In this document: piece after piece, positions 30,143 through 40,400 of the stretch
Position numbering within the stretch: the first letter of the stretch is position 1
How the letters are laid out: every line of letters begins with the position of its first letter
From: an uncultured bacterium
Lineage (GTDB): Bacteria > Zixibacteria > MSB-5A5 > UBA10806
Direction of reading: 5' to 3'
NCBI GenBank assembly: GCA_965541585.1
Contig: CBEUCH010000015.1
Span: forward strand, 1-64,000
Length of the DNA stretch: 64,000 bases
Made by a program: the position numbers and the translations under genes
The notes under the pieces: generated by a model
Databases searched by the model: none
What the model saw: the letters and a program-made list of their open reading frames with translations, nothing else
What the model was told of the DNA's origin: nothing

Positions 30143-31831
30143 TTGATGCGGGAGTTTTTATGTTTTTTGATGATCGGTTTTTTTGCGCTCTTTCAGCTGC
30201 CATCTTACGTGGCAGCGGGCGAGATCGATTACCCGAAACCGTTTCGGCTGTCTATTCTGGAGTATCCGAACTCGGATACGCCTGACGATCCCTGGGCCAT
30301 CATCCTCGATGTGGATAATATCCAGATAAACAGCGACAACAGCGGCCGGGTGCAGAATGAGGAGATGGTCTGCATAAATCCTACCAATACGGCCAACGCT
30401 GTGGCCGTCTGGCGCGATTTCCGTCTCGACTACCGGCGCGTGGGTGTCGGCTATACCTTTGATGGCGGCCAGACATGGCACGATACCCTGCTCTTTGTTC
30501 CGCCGCATCCCCGTCAATCCGATCCCGTTCTGACGGTCGATGATGACGGCACCTTCTACGCCTGTACATTGACGCTTGAATGGTCAATGAACGAGCCGTC
30601 CGGAATCTATATTCAAAAATCGACCGATGGCGGCGTGAGCTGGTCCGAACCTTATATTGCAATCGATTCCGTTCAAGGTGCTTTCGAGGACAAGCAGTGG
30701 ATGACTCTCGATAGAACCAGCGGTTCCACCAATGGCAATATATATATCAGCTGGACACGATTCACCGATATCACCGAAATTCTCTTGGTCTCATCTACCG
30801 ACGGAGGAGAAACCTATTCCGATCCGGTGTATGTTTCCGATGAAAACGGCGTTCAATGGTCGGTTCCCACGGTCGGTGTCTGGGGAGACGTATTTGTTGC
30901 CTGGTTCGACTATTATCCAACCTCCGCGATTTTGATGGATGTTTCCACTGATCAGGGAGCAACTTTCGGGACAGACCGGGTAATCGTTGAAACCAACACC
31001 TGGGACGTTAATATCAACGGCGGCATCTGGGTTTTCCCCTATCCAGCCCTGAACTCCGACGTGAGCTTGCTCTCACCATATCTTGGCAACCTCTACCTGG
31101 CCTTTATGGACGAGAACGTTACAGATATGGATATCTTCTTTATGAAATCCGAGGATAACGGGGCCAGCTGGTCAGAGCCGATCAGGCTCAACGATGATCC
31201 GGAACATAACGGCGCAGACCAGTTCCATCCCTGGATAACGGTGGACGAGACTGGATCAATCCATGCCATCTTCTACGACAGGCGGATGGATGAGCGAAAC
31301 AGAAGTTTCGATCTCTATTACACCAGGTCCGACGATGCCGGGGAAACCTGGCTGCCGAACGAGCGGATCACCACCGTCTCTTCCGACCCGAACGATGCTC
31401 GTCTGGCGGGCCTGATTGGGGAATATATCGGCCTCGACGCCTGGCAGGGCCAGGTTCAAATGGTATGGACCGATACCAGAAACGGCAACCAGGATGTTTT
31501 TTCAGGCAGAATGTCTCGCACCGGTATCGAAGACGATATCGTGACCATTCCTGACAGACTGAGGCTCCATATGCCCCATCCAAACCCGTTTAATGCCTCT
31601 GTTTCTGTTACCTTTGAGTCTGATCAGGAGGCGCCGGTTAGTCTCGAGATCGTGGATATACTCGGCCGGAAGACGGCTGAGTTATTCGATGGCGTCTGCC
31701 GGACCGGCACAAACAGATTCGTCTGGGATGGCACCGATATGACCGGCGGCGAGGTCGCCAGCGGAACATATTTCGTCCGTATGAGCGGACCCGACGGTGT
31801 GCAGGTTGAGAAGGCCGTGCTGTTAAGATAA
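30143..31831 (+). CDS. Secreted BNR/sialidase-like protein with FlgD-like CTD
   Basis: QNEE..INPTN, DKQWM and GEYIGL motifs, S.D.G.TW boxes, HPNPFN...WDG CTD. Confidence 0.85.
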   Translation: MMREFLCFLMIGFFALFQLPSYVAAGEIDYPKPFRLSILEYPNSDTPDDPWAIILDVDNIQINSDNSGRVQNEEMVCINPTNTANAVAVWRDFRLDYRRVGVGYTFDGGQTWHDTLLFVPPHPRQSDPVLTVDDDGTFYACTLTLEWSMNEPSGIYIQKSTDGGVSWSEPYIAIDSVQGAFEDKQWMTLDRTSGSTNGNIYISWTRFTDITEILLVSSTDGGETYSDPVYVSDENGVQWSVPTVGVWGDVFVAWFDYYPTSAILMDVSTDQGATFGTDRVIVETNTWDVNINGGIWVFPYPALNSDVSLLSPYLGNLYLAFMDENVTDMDIFFMKSEDNGASWSEPIRLNDDPEHNGADQFHPWITVDETGSIHAIFYDRRMDERNRSFDLYYTRSDDAGETWLPNERITTVSSDPNDARLAGLIGEYIGLDAWQGQVQMVWTDTRNGNQDVFSGRMSRTGIEDDIVTIPDRLRLHMPHPNPFNASVSVTFESDQEAPVSLEIVDILGRKTAELFDGVCRTGTNRFVWDGTDMTGGEVASGTYFVRMSGPDGVQVEKAVLLR

Positions 31832-31896
31832 AAGATCTTGACAAAGATGGCCGATTAAATAATTATGAAAACGCCCGGCAGCGCCGGGAAGCTTTT

Positions 31897-31969
31897 GCGG
31901 GAGTAGCTCAGCTGGTAGAGCACCACCTTGCCAAGGTGGCTGTCGCGAGTTCAATCCTCGTCTCCCGCT
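31897..31969 (+). tRNA. tRNA-Gly(GCC)
   Basis: GCGGGAG/CTCCCGC acceptor stem; anticodon arm ccacc-TT-GCC-AA-ggtgg; CCA not encoded. Confidence 0.97.
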
Positions 31970-32045
31970 TTTCTTTATTTTTGATATCTATAGGTCGGGT
32001 TCCGAAGAAACCCGACAATAGCGCGGGGTTACCTTTCACAATCCG

Positions 32046-32089
32046 ATTGCCCATAGATTGGAAAACTTGTCTTAGCAGCTGAGGGACGG
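32046..32089 (+). repeat. 44-bp direct repeat copy 1 (copy 2 at 33476-33519)
   Basis: attgcccatagattggaa[a/g]acttgtcttagc[a/g]gctgaggga[c/t]gg; 3 mismatches. Confidence 0.9.
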
Positions 32090-32161
32090 AGGCCAGAAAT
32101 CTCTTGCCGAACCCGGAGAATTTCCTATTATTATCATAGGCTGCATCGATCGGGAGGACTT

Positions 32162-33295
32162 TTGAAAAGTGTATACATTATAGCTATTGCGTTGGCTTGC
32201 TATGCCTATCTGCCTGTTTCAGCTACGATCATCAACATCCCCGGTGACCACCCGACCATACAAGATGGCATAAATGCCTCCACCGATGGTGACACCGTGC
32301 TGGTACAGCCAGGAACATATGTGGAGAACATCAATTTCCAGGGGCATAATATCGTGCTGGGGTCGCTGTTTTTGACTACGGGGGATACTGATTATATCTC
32401 ATCGACAATAATCAATAGTAATGGTTATGGGTATGGGAGTGTTGTATCTTTTTTTAATGGTGAAGATAATAGCGCTGTTATTACCGGATTCACGATTCAA
32501 AATGGTTATACTTCGTGGGGCGGCGGGATTCATTGCTTGGGTAATTCCAACCCTATGATAAGCTACAATACCATAAGCGGAAATTCAGCCATCGATTTCG
32601 GCGGCGGGATTCTTTGCGACAATTCCAGTCCGACGATCGACCACAATACCATCAGCGGAAATTCAGCTGGCATTGACGGCGGCGGGATTTATTGCCATGA
32701 TTCCGATCCCACGATCAGCAATAACACCATCAGCGGAAATTCAGCCGACTTCTTCGGCGGCGGGATTCATTGCTGGGATTCCAATCCGGTAATAACCAAC
32801 ACCATCTTCTGGGCTGATAGCGCCCCAGGTGGATCGGAGATTTCTTTAGAATGGTCATTTCCGGTGATTACCTACTGCGACGTTCAAGGCGGCTGGGCAG
32901 GCGACGGGAACATCGATTGCGATCCTGAATTTTGTTTTCCGGATACGGGGAATTATTATTTGACAGAAGGTTCCTGCTGCCTTGGCGGAGGCGAAGGTGG
33001 GGCTGACATTGGCGCATTCGGTCAGGGTTGTTGCCCTTACATTGCAGGAGATGTTAATTACAACACTATGCCGTTCGAACTTGTTGACGTTATGGCTATG
33101 ATCCGATGCTATCACGGGGCGCCGCCGTATTACACCTGCGATTGTCCCCCTCATGGCTCCGATTTTCCGGCGACGGCCGACCCCAACGGCAACTGCGTGG
33201 CCAACGAACTTAACGATGTGGTCACTGAGATTGCAGCCTACAGAGGTTCAACCACGGTATCCGGATGTATAGATTGTCCGGTTTCGGGAAGATAA
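32162..33295 (+). CDS. Secreted beta-helix protein with dockerin-like C-terminus
   Basis: Same N-terminal module as 11154 and 33642; 24-aa NTISGNSA...GGGI.C repeats; tail YIAGDVN...D.....I...ADPNGNC...NDV. Confidence 0.8.
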   Translation: MKSVYIIAIALACYAYLPVSATIINIPGDHPTIQDGINASTDGDTVLVQPGTYVENINFQGHNIVLGSLFLTTGDTDYISSTIINSNGYGYGSVVSFFNGEDNSAVITGFTIQNGYTSWGGGIHCLGNSNPMISYNTISGNSAIDFGGGILCDNSSPTIDHNTISGNSAGIDGGGIYCHDSDPTISNNTISGNSADFFGGGIHCWDSNPVITNTIFWADSAPGGSEISLEWSFPVITYCDVQGGWAGDGNIDCDPEFCFPDTGNYYLTEGSCCLGGGEGGADIGAFGQGCCPYIAGDVNYNTMPFELVDVMAMIRCYHGAPPYYTCDCPPHGSDFPATADPNGNCVANELNDVVTEIAAYRGSTTVSGCIDCPVSGR

Positions 33296-33357
33296 TTTTC
33301 AGGTAATGGAAGCCAAGCGGCGGATTGAGATTCCTGCAGTGGTCGTTTACGAGCAGT

Positions 33358-33386
33358 AAAAAAGGGCTGCCGAAACAACCCCTTTT
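33358..33386. terminator. Probable bidirectional terminator
   Basis: aaaaagggctg-ccgaaa-caaccccttttaa; imperfect stem. Confidence 0.5.
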
Positions 33387-33475
33387 AACTTATACATCAA
33401 AACGCCTATATCCTATCCCCCGGACTCAGCCGCCTGTGGCGGGATTTGTGCACGTGGTTGCACACCAACTACCTT

Positions 33476-33519
33476 ATTGCCCATAGATTGGAAGACTTGT
33501 CTTAGCGGCTGAGGGATGG
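33476..33519 (+). repeat. 44-bp direct repeat copy 2
   Basis: Matches 32046-32089. Confidence 0.9.
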
Positions 33520-33641
33520 GGGTATACTCTCGCAAACGCCGAAAATCCTTGACATTTAAGTAGAATTGTGTATTCATATTAATGGACAGACGTAATTTTC
33601 ATCTGTGATCGGCACTAGGATAAATACCTCGATGGGAGGAT

Positions 33642-34958
33642 ATGATGAAACTGGTTACGGTTTTTACGACGGTTATCGTAGTCATTGCCTTTGCTGCTGC
33701 GACGGCAACGATTATAAACGTTCCTGATGATTATCCCACCGTTCAGGAAGGCATAAATGCTTCCACCGACGGCGACACAGTCCTTGTGCAGCCGGGGACG
33801 TACGTGGAGAACGTCGTCTTCAACGGCCATAATATTGTTCTTGCGTCGTTGTTCTTGACCACAGGGGACGCATCCTACATATCCTCCACGATACTGGACG
33901 GTAACTCATCGGGGGCTGTAATTACGCTTACAGACGGGGAAGATAATTCAGCAATGATTATCGGCTTTACCATTACGAATGGAATCTCAGTTTTTGGCGG
34001 CGGTATTAATGCCTGGTTTACTTCTCCTACAATACTTCATAATATAATCAGAGGTAACAAAGGAACATGGTATGGGGGGGCGATCAGTCTTGAACAATCA
34101 CCGGGTACGGCCATAGTACAATATAATGTTTTGACGAAAAATCAGGCTGAACTCGGAGGAGGACTGAGAGCCTCGTATGGCGATCCTTTTATCGGAAACA
34201 ACCTCATTATTAATAATTATGCGGAGGAATGGGGCGGCGGTATGTATGTAAACAACAACACGCCCCTAATTATCAATAATATTATTTCAGGCAATGAGGC
34301 GGATGAAATGGGAGGGGGATTAAGAACGGGAAATGCGTCACCCAATGTTGTAAATTGTATTTTTTATGGTAATTCTGCCCCCGACGGACCCGAGATTTCG
34401 CCCTGGGGTTCCCCGGTATTTTCATATTCGGATATACAGGGAGGATATGAGGGGGAGGGGAATATCGATGCCGATCCGCTCTTCCGTGATCCTGAAAACG
34501 GCGATTTTCATCTAATGTCAATCGAATGCGGCGATCCCTCCGACTCTCCCTGCATCGACGCCGGCGATCCGTCTATCTTCGATTATCTGCTCGAATGTGA
34601 TTGGGGCTTAGGAGGCCAGCGGAGCGATATGGGCGTCTACGGCGGCCAGGCCATCCCCACCGATATCAGGGAGGAGCATCCCCCGACAATTCCCGTGGCA
34701 TACGGCCTCCCTCAGAATTACCCCAATCCGTTTAATGCTTCAACCGTCATTCGATATAACCTACCCACAGCTTCCGATATAACCATCTCCATCTACGACA
34801 TCCGCGGCCGCAAAGTTGAAACGCTGGTTCAGGGAGAACAGCAGGCCGGGTATCATCAGATTATCTGGGATGCCAGCGATCATTCCTCCGGCATGTATTT
34901 TTATAAGATTCAGGCGGGGAAATATGCTGAGACGAGGAAGATGGTGCTGTTGAAGTAA
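33642..34958 (+). CDS. Secreted beta-helix protein with T9SS-A-like CTD
   Basis: Signal peptide; GGG repeats; NIDADPLFRD...SPCIDAG; NYPNPFN CTD. Confidence 0.85.
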   Translation: MMKLVTVFTTVIVVIAFAAATATIINVPDDYPTVQEGINASTDGDTVLVQPGTYVENVVFNGHNIVLASLFLTTGDASYISSTILDGNSSGAVITLTDGEDNSAMIIGFTITNGISVFGGGINAWFTSPTILHNIIRGNKGTWYGGAISLEQSPGTAIVQYNVLTKNQAELGGGLRASYGDPFIGNNLIINNYAEEWGGGMYVNNNTPLIINNIISGNEADEMGGGLRTGNASPNVVNCIFYGNSAPDGPEISPWGSPVFSYSDIQGGYEGEGNIDADPLFRDPENGDFHLMSIECGDPSDSPCIDAGDPSIFDYLLECDWGLGGQRSDMGVYGGQAIPTDIREEHPPTIPVAYGLPQNYPNPFNASTVIRYNLPTASDITISIYDIRGRKVETLVQGEQQAGYHQIIWDASDHSSGMYFYKIQAGKYAETRKMVLLK

Positions 34959-34979
34959 AGACCATTCATTTAAGCAATT

Positions 34980-35014
34980 AAGGGGCTACCATCACGATAG
35001 CCCCTTTACTTTTT
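34980..35014. terminator. Terminator between convergent genes
   Basis: aaggggcta-ccatcacga-tagcccctt followed by a T-rich tail. Confidence 0.75.
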
Positions 35015-35051
35015 ACTCTCGGCAAGACATGCTTTACGGAAACCAGGATTC

Positions 35052-35324
35052 TTAAACAGATACGTCTTGTTTCGATTCTTTCTTTTCCAAAGATGTTTTT
35101 GAGGGAATTAATCGCTCAAGTTGAGCTTTAAGTTCTTTGTTGGCCTCAAGAAGCTTTTCTTTGTCCCCTTGTTTGCTTAACATATTCGCCCTGAGGAGAA
35201 GTCCGAGCGAAGTAAGCATAAACAAGGCTGGACTAACACTTCTGAATAGTTGACCATAATTATAAATGGAATCAAGAAGCGCCAGAATAGCAAGACCGAA
35301 AAGCACTAAACCCCAGACTATCAT
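35052..35324 (-). CDS. Small 2-TM membrane protein with coiled-coil tail
   Basis: AAGGAGG RBS; two hydrophobic helices. Confidence 0.7.
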   Translation of the reverse strand: MIVWGLVLFGLAILALLDSIYNYGQLFRSVSPALFMLTSLGLLLRANMLSKQGDKEKLLEANKELKAQLERLIPSKTSLEKKESKQDVSV

Positions 35325-35617
35325 CAGTCCTCCTTGTTGAGGATAAATATATGGATCCAGTAATATTATCGGCAGGATCAGATTGGCCTTAATTGGCCAT
35401 ACCCTTATTCAACCAAATCCGATCTCCCGCTGACAGCCGCCTGTGGTAGATTCGCAGGCCTTCCTGGTTGACGGTCTGATTGATGTAGCGTTGGGTAGTG
35501 TTCGGATTGCTACTGCTTAAGAGGAATCTCGAATAAAGTTGATCGGCGGGCGTCTTCGTCTATCCCGCCTATGGCGGGATTGGTGCACGTGAACATACAC
35601 GGATAACCGAAACGAAT

Positions 35618-36970
35618 CTATTTCAATTTCTTCTTTAGCTTCTCCGTTTTTTCTTCTATGAACTTTCTATTTTCCTCTGGAATATCGGCGGCTATTATCC
35701 ATTCCTCGATATCGTCGTAAGACCACGTTAGAGCAATATCCTCTTTAAGAATCTCTTCAAGCTCTGCCTCCGCTTCCATTGTATCCTTACTTGAGAGTTT
35801 TTGGGCAATGCACTTTAGATAGAGTAAAACAGCTTTTTCTTTGGATTCTTTGGGTTGAATCATAGCTTTCTCTATTCTTCCAATAGCCAAATCGTGCTCT
35901 CCCCTAAAGATGAGCAATTCGGCCATATTTTCATAAGCAATGATATTTCCAGGATCGAGTTCGATGGCTATATCGTAATCGGCTAAAGCCTTCTCGTATT
36001 TCTTCAGTCGCAAATATGTAAGCCCCCTATTGTTGTATGGCTCGGACTTATTTGGATCGAGTTCGATGGCTATATCGTAATCGGCTAAAGCCTTCTCGTA
36101 TTTCTTCAGTTGCGAATATGTAAGCCCCCTATTGTAGTATGCTATCGCATTTTTTGGATCTTTTTCAATCGCTTTGCCATAATATTCATTGGCTTCTTTA
36201 TAATTCCCCTTTAGATACTCACTGGTCCCTTTTAATTCCCAATCAATCGAAGTGTATTGTTCTTCGCGCTTAATTGATAGCAGCTTTTCCTCAAATTTCT
36301 CATATTTTTCGGACCGCTCTTCTGGTGATGGCTCTTTCATGGCAAGACTATCCTTCATTTGAAGTAACTCATCTTTCAATCGCGAATATTCTTCCCGCTC
36401 CTTTTCTAGTTTATTCAGTCTTTCGGTTAAAGAACTTTCATATTCCTCGGTTTTTTGTTCTGCAAATTTTTGAAAGATGTCTGCCCATGTTTTTTCCAAT
36501 TCTTTTTCCGTAATTTCATTTACTTTCTCATTAATTTTATCCTTAATCCAGTTAACCATTGTTTTCGCGCCCAAAAACCTTAGAAGAAATGCAATAAAAA
36601 CTAATACCAGACTTCCGCCCCAAAAATACAGATCTATTCTTTTTTCCAATTCCTTTGTCCTCAACTCAATCTCACTTTTCCGGGCGTTATCTCTGTATCC
36701 AATTTCGTTTCTAATTGCTTCAAGTTTCGTCTCGTTGTTTTTATTCTGTTGCTTTAACCGCTCCTCCAGCACTCTGATATCGGAACTGTCCTGTGCAGTA
36801 GACTTATCCGGAATTTGCGCTACTGATGTTGCGGCAAAAAGCATCAACATTGCCGCGGCCTTTACAAAGATCTTAAATAAAGTAGCCATATATCTATCCC
36901 TGCTTACTGGGATTATTATTTTCATTTTCCACGGAGCGTCCTTATTTAATTTTTTCCTACAGTTTTTCAA
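35618..36970 (-). CDS. Membrane-anchored coiled-coil/TPR protein (AT-rich)
   Basis: TPR motifs AYYNRGLTY...YEKALADYDIAIELDP; TM helix. True start probably ~36889 (MATLFK). Confidence 0.8.
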   Translation of the reverse strand: MKNCRKKLNKDAPWKMKIIIPVSRDRYMATLFKIFVKAAAMLMLFAATSVAQIPDKSTAQDSSDIRVLEERLKQQNKNNETKLEAIRNEIGYRDNARKSEIELRTKELEKRIDLYFWGGSLVLVFIAFLLRFLGAKTMVNWIKDKINEKVNEITEKELEKTWADIFQKFAEQKTEEYESSLTERLNKLEKEREEYSRLKDELLQMKDSLAMKEPSPEERSEKYEKFEEKLLSIKREEQYTSIDWELKGTSEYLKGNYKEANEYYGKAIEKDPKNAIAYYNRGLTYSQLKKYEKALADYDIAIELDPNKSEPYNNRGLTYLRLKKYEKALADYDIAIELDPGNIIAYENMAELLIFRGEHDLAIGRIEKAMIQPKESKEKAVLLYLKCIAQKLSSKDTMEAEAELEEILKEDIALTWSYDDIEEWIIAADIPEENRKFIEEKTEKLKKKLK

Positions 36971-37118
36971 AACTGTAACTGATCCAAAAGAATTACAGCA
37001 AACTCCAGGGGGGAATTATCAGCAAATATAGACTCTGAAGTCGGAAAGTCAATATCTTTATAACTACTTGCGTATATTATCTTGGCGGGTGCCCAGATCC
37101 CACTTCATGGCCGGCTTC

Positions 37119-37553
37119 TTACAAATGCAAAATCTCAGTTGCCCCATCAGCCATCTTGCTGAGTTCCGCAGCCACCGCCCGCCTGTGGCATCTATTCACG
37201 TCCCGCTCATAACAGAGCAGGCATACGGTTTCTCGTTTTGCCAGATCCAGGAGGGTCTTTAAGGCCTCGGCCTGTTCCTCGAGATATTCACGGTATTTAT
37301 CGAAGAAGTAATCGTAATCGTCGTCGGCCCTTACTTTATCCCTGAGCTCCTTCGGGCCTCCCAGATCGATCAGGTGGATATATTCTATTCCAGCCACGGC
37401 AAGTTTGGCGGGCAACTGCTTCTTAGAGAATTCCTTTCGCCTCGAATAAGGGACGGCCCGTATATCAGCTAAAACGGCAATCCGGTTATCTGAGAGTACC
37501 TCGAAAAACTCATCGGTATCCCTTTTTTCATAGCCGATTGTAAATAGCTTCAT
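37119..37553 (-). CDS. DUF488 family protein
   Basis: LFTIGYE, DIRAVPYSR and LLCYERD...CHR motifs. Confidence 0.88.
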   Translation of the reverse strand: MKLFTIGYEKRDTDEFFEVLSDNRIAVLADIRAVPYSRRKEFSKKQLPAKLAVAGIEYIHLIDLGGPKELRDKVRADDDYDYFFDKYREYLEEQAEALKTLLDLAKRETVCLLCYERDVNRCHRRAVAAELSKMADGATEILHL

Positions 37554-37722
37554 TTCAGATCCTCTGTCGCCGGGACATGTTCATGTTTGCTGGTATCAAC
37601 TTAATGGCTAAGACGCCCGAAAAAAAGGGCTTTTCCCCTTATTGTTAAAGAATTGAACCTATTTCGATATCTTCCGATAGCAGTAAGTAAGGGAAGACGG
37701 TTGAGGGGGGCGCCGTTTTCCC

Positions 37723-37751
37723 TTGACTCTAAGATCTTTCAAATCTATTTT
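37723..37751 (+). promoter_or_regulatory. sigma70-type promoter of tRNA-Cys
   Basis: TTGACT-17-TATTTT just upstream of the tRNA. Confidence 0.55.
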
Positions 37752-37765
37752 CCGAATAGACTTAC

Positions 37766-37837
37766 GGCGGCTTAGCCAAGTGGTAAGGCGGAGGTCTGCA
37801 AAACCTCTATTCTCCGGTTCGAATCCGGAAGCCGCCT
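37766..37837 (+). tRNA. tRNA-Cys(GCA)
   Basis: GGCGGCT/AGCCGCC acceptor stem; gaggt-CT-GCA-AA-acctc; GGTTCGAATCC. Confidence 0.97.
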
Positions 37838-37885
37838 TATTTTTATGCCGGAATTGCGGAAAACGAGGCGATTCGATCTACCATT

Positions 37886-40000
37886 CTATCTCGAAAGCAT
37901 TCTCTGTAGATATGTGTATTCAAGAGCATGTCTTTTCGCTCTCTGAGCGTTATCAGCCGATGCCGCATGCCCACCCTCCATTTCCTCGTAATAATAAACC
38001 TTATTTCCGAATTCCTCCATCCTGGCCGCCATTTTCCTGGCATGCCCCGGATGGACCCGGTCGTCCCAGGTGGAGGTCACGAATAATACGTCGGGGTAAT
38101 CAACTCCCTTTTTTAGGTTCTGATACGGAGAGTATCTGGCGATATATTCCCTCATCTCGGGTATATCGGGATCGCCGAATTCAGCCATCCACGATGCTCC
38201 CGGCGGAAGCTTGTGATATCTGAGCATATCCAATAGCGGCACTTGGCATACCACCGCGTTATAGAGATCGGGTCTCTGGGTCAATACTGCCCCGACCAGC
38301 AGTCCGCCGTTACTGCCGCCCATGATCCCCAGATGATCCGGCGATGTTATTTTTCGATTTATCAAATCCTCGGCGACGGCAATAAAATCATCGAAAGCGC
38401 GTTGCCTGTTTTCCAGAAGGGCTGCTTTATGCCATCTCGGCCCGAACTCCCCACCGCCTCTGATATTCGCCAACGCGAACACGCCTCCTGTTTCGAGCCA
38501 TAGCTTTCCTATCGTCGCCGAGTAAAACGGAGTTTGTGGATTTCTAAATCCCCCGTAACCGTAAAGCAGGGTAGGGTTGCCGCCGTCCGTTTCCAGATCC
38601 TTTGCCGAAACCAGAAAATATGGTATTACGGTACCATCCTTACTCAGAGTCTCGAGTTGACTTACTTTCAAGTTGTTGGCGTCGAACATGGGAGGGACCG
38701 ATTTGATCACTCTGGGTGTTTCCTTCGGATCGGAAAAAATGTATAGATTGCTTGGGATCAGAAAACTCGCGAACGAAATCATCAGCCTGTTATCGAATGC
38801 GCTATATGAACGTACCTTGACCGATCCGAAATCGGGAAGATTTATGGCGCCTCCTGTCCATTCGGGTTTCTCGGAAGAGCCTGCCAGCGAAAAATAACGG
38901 ACTTTACCTATCACGTTTTCAAGCAGGGATACGATTATATAATCCCTGGTGGGATGGACCGACCTGATCGTGCTCTTTTCATCCGGTCGGAATAAAACTT
39001 CAATGTCGGATTTGAGATCATCCGATTCGAGATCATCTATTTTTAATGCTATTAGAGAACCCTGCGTGATATCTAGCCAGTCGGAATGAAGAAGAACGAC
39101 AATATAACCTTTGAAAAAAGCCTCTATCGTGGCGTCTTTGGGGATCGGGATTTCGCGTTTTTCGAGATTTTCATCCAGAAGCCATTGAGTGGATTCCCAG
39201 AAGGATATATATCTGCCCACAGATACATATTTCCCCTCGGGTCTGTGCTCAATATACCCGTAGATAGAAACGTCCGTTTCCTCTCCTTCAAGAAGGGTTA
39301 TAGCCTCCGAAAGAGGCGTTCCTCGCTTCCATAATTTGGCGATCCTCGGATAGCCCGACGTTGTCAATGAACCGGGACCGAAATCGGTATCCACAATCAA
39401 ATTGTCATCATCGTACCAGGCCACAGTGCTTTTGGCCTCGGGAAGATAAAAGCCGTCGCCCACGAACGACTTAGTTTCATAATCAAACTCCCTGACAAAT
39501 ATGGCGTCCTTACCGCCTTCGGAGAAGTAAATCATGCATCTTGCATAATCGGGCGGTAAATTGGCCGTTCCCTTATAGACCCAGCTTCTTCCTTCTTTCT
39601 CATTGAGTTCGTCGATATCGAGGAGAATCTCCCATCGGGGATCTTTCTTCTGGTATTCTTCCAGGGTGGCTCTTCTTATGATCCCCCTGACGTGCTGGTC
39701 ATCCTGCCAGAAATTGTAAACGTATTCACCCTTAATAGTCCCATACGGTATCCTGTCTTTTGAATTTAGAATATTCAGAGCTTCATTTTGAAATTCCAGG
39801 AAATTGGGATCGTTGCCCAGATCATCCATTGTGGCCTTGTCATGCTCTGTTACCCATTTGAGGGGTCTTTCTCCTTCCACCTCTTCTAGCCAGATATAAG
39901 GATCATCATGCGTATCGATCGCGTCCTGCGCCGTCGGACAGGTATTCGGTTTAACTATGAATATAAATACAATAGAGGATAGGATTCTTAGAGCCTTCAT
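37886..40000 (-). CDS. Prolyl oligopeptidase (S9A), exported
   Basis: DPYIWLE, GGSNGG nucleophile, DDRVHP and GGH motifs. ATG at 40000 follows GGGAGAG (ORF track start 40138). Confidence 0.93.
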   Translation of the reverse strand: MKALRILSSIVFIFIVKPNTCPTAQDAIDTHDDPYIWLEEVEGERPLKWVTEHDKATMDDLGNDPNFLEFQNEALNILNSKDRIPYGTIKGEYVYNFWQDDQHVRGIIRRATLEEYQKKDPRWEILLDIDELNEKEGRSWVYKGTANLPPDYARCMIYFSEGGKDAIFVREFDYETKSFVGDGFYLPEAKSTVAWYDDDNLIVDTDFGPGSLTTSGYPRIAKLWKRGTPLSEAITLLEGEETDVSIYGYIEHRPEGKYVSVGRYISFWESTQWLLDENLEKREIPIPKDATIEAFFKGYIVVLLHSDWLDITQGSLIALKIDDLESDDLKSDIEVLFRPDEKSTIRSVHPTRDYIIVSLLENVIGKVRYFSLAGSSEKPEWTGGAINLPDFGSVKVRSYSAFDNRLMISFASFLIPSNLYIFSDPKETPRVIKSVPPMFDANNLKVSQLETLSKDGTVIPYFLVSAKDLETDGGNPTLLYGYGGFRNPQTPFYSATIGKLWLETGGVFALANIRGGGEFGPRWHKAALLENRQRAFDDFIAVAEDLINRKITSPDHLGIMGGSNGGLLVGAVLTQRPDLYNAVVCQVPLLDMLRYHKLPPGASWMAEFGDPDIPEMREYIARYSPYQNLKKGVDYPDVLFVTSTWDDRVHPGHARKMAARMEEFGNKVYYYEEMEGGHAASADNAQRAKRHALEYTYLQRMLSR

Positions 40001-40400
40001 AATCTCTCCCGGCATTGGTGCTTTAATCTTCCGATGATCATTCCAAGTTCGAAAAAACAGGGTAGCGACGATTATGTCAAGCGCAAAAGCCGCTCTTATA
40101 GTATCTTCAGGATTGTCGATAACTCTTGCAGAGAACAAAGGAGGAGCGAGGAAATGGAGGCTTGTTTCGAAGCAATTTTAAGAAAGCCGAAAGCGTCAAA
40201 CGGCCTCTAAATAACCGAAGTAAAGACGATCGATGATTCACATACTTTCTCCATCCAATGAGGATATTTCATGACCACCCCTGAATAGTTGCTCGTTTTT
40301 TTTACTCGGTTGCATTTCAAGAGCTTGCCGTGCCTGCAGAAAAAGTGAGAACTCACTTGTGTCTTTTTTATTATTATCGTAACTTAAAATGTAGATTATT

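Noticed and set aside
37723..38223. 166-aa plus-strand ORF
   Set aside because: Overlaps tRNA-Cys and is antisense to the prolyl oligopeptidase; spurious.
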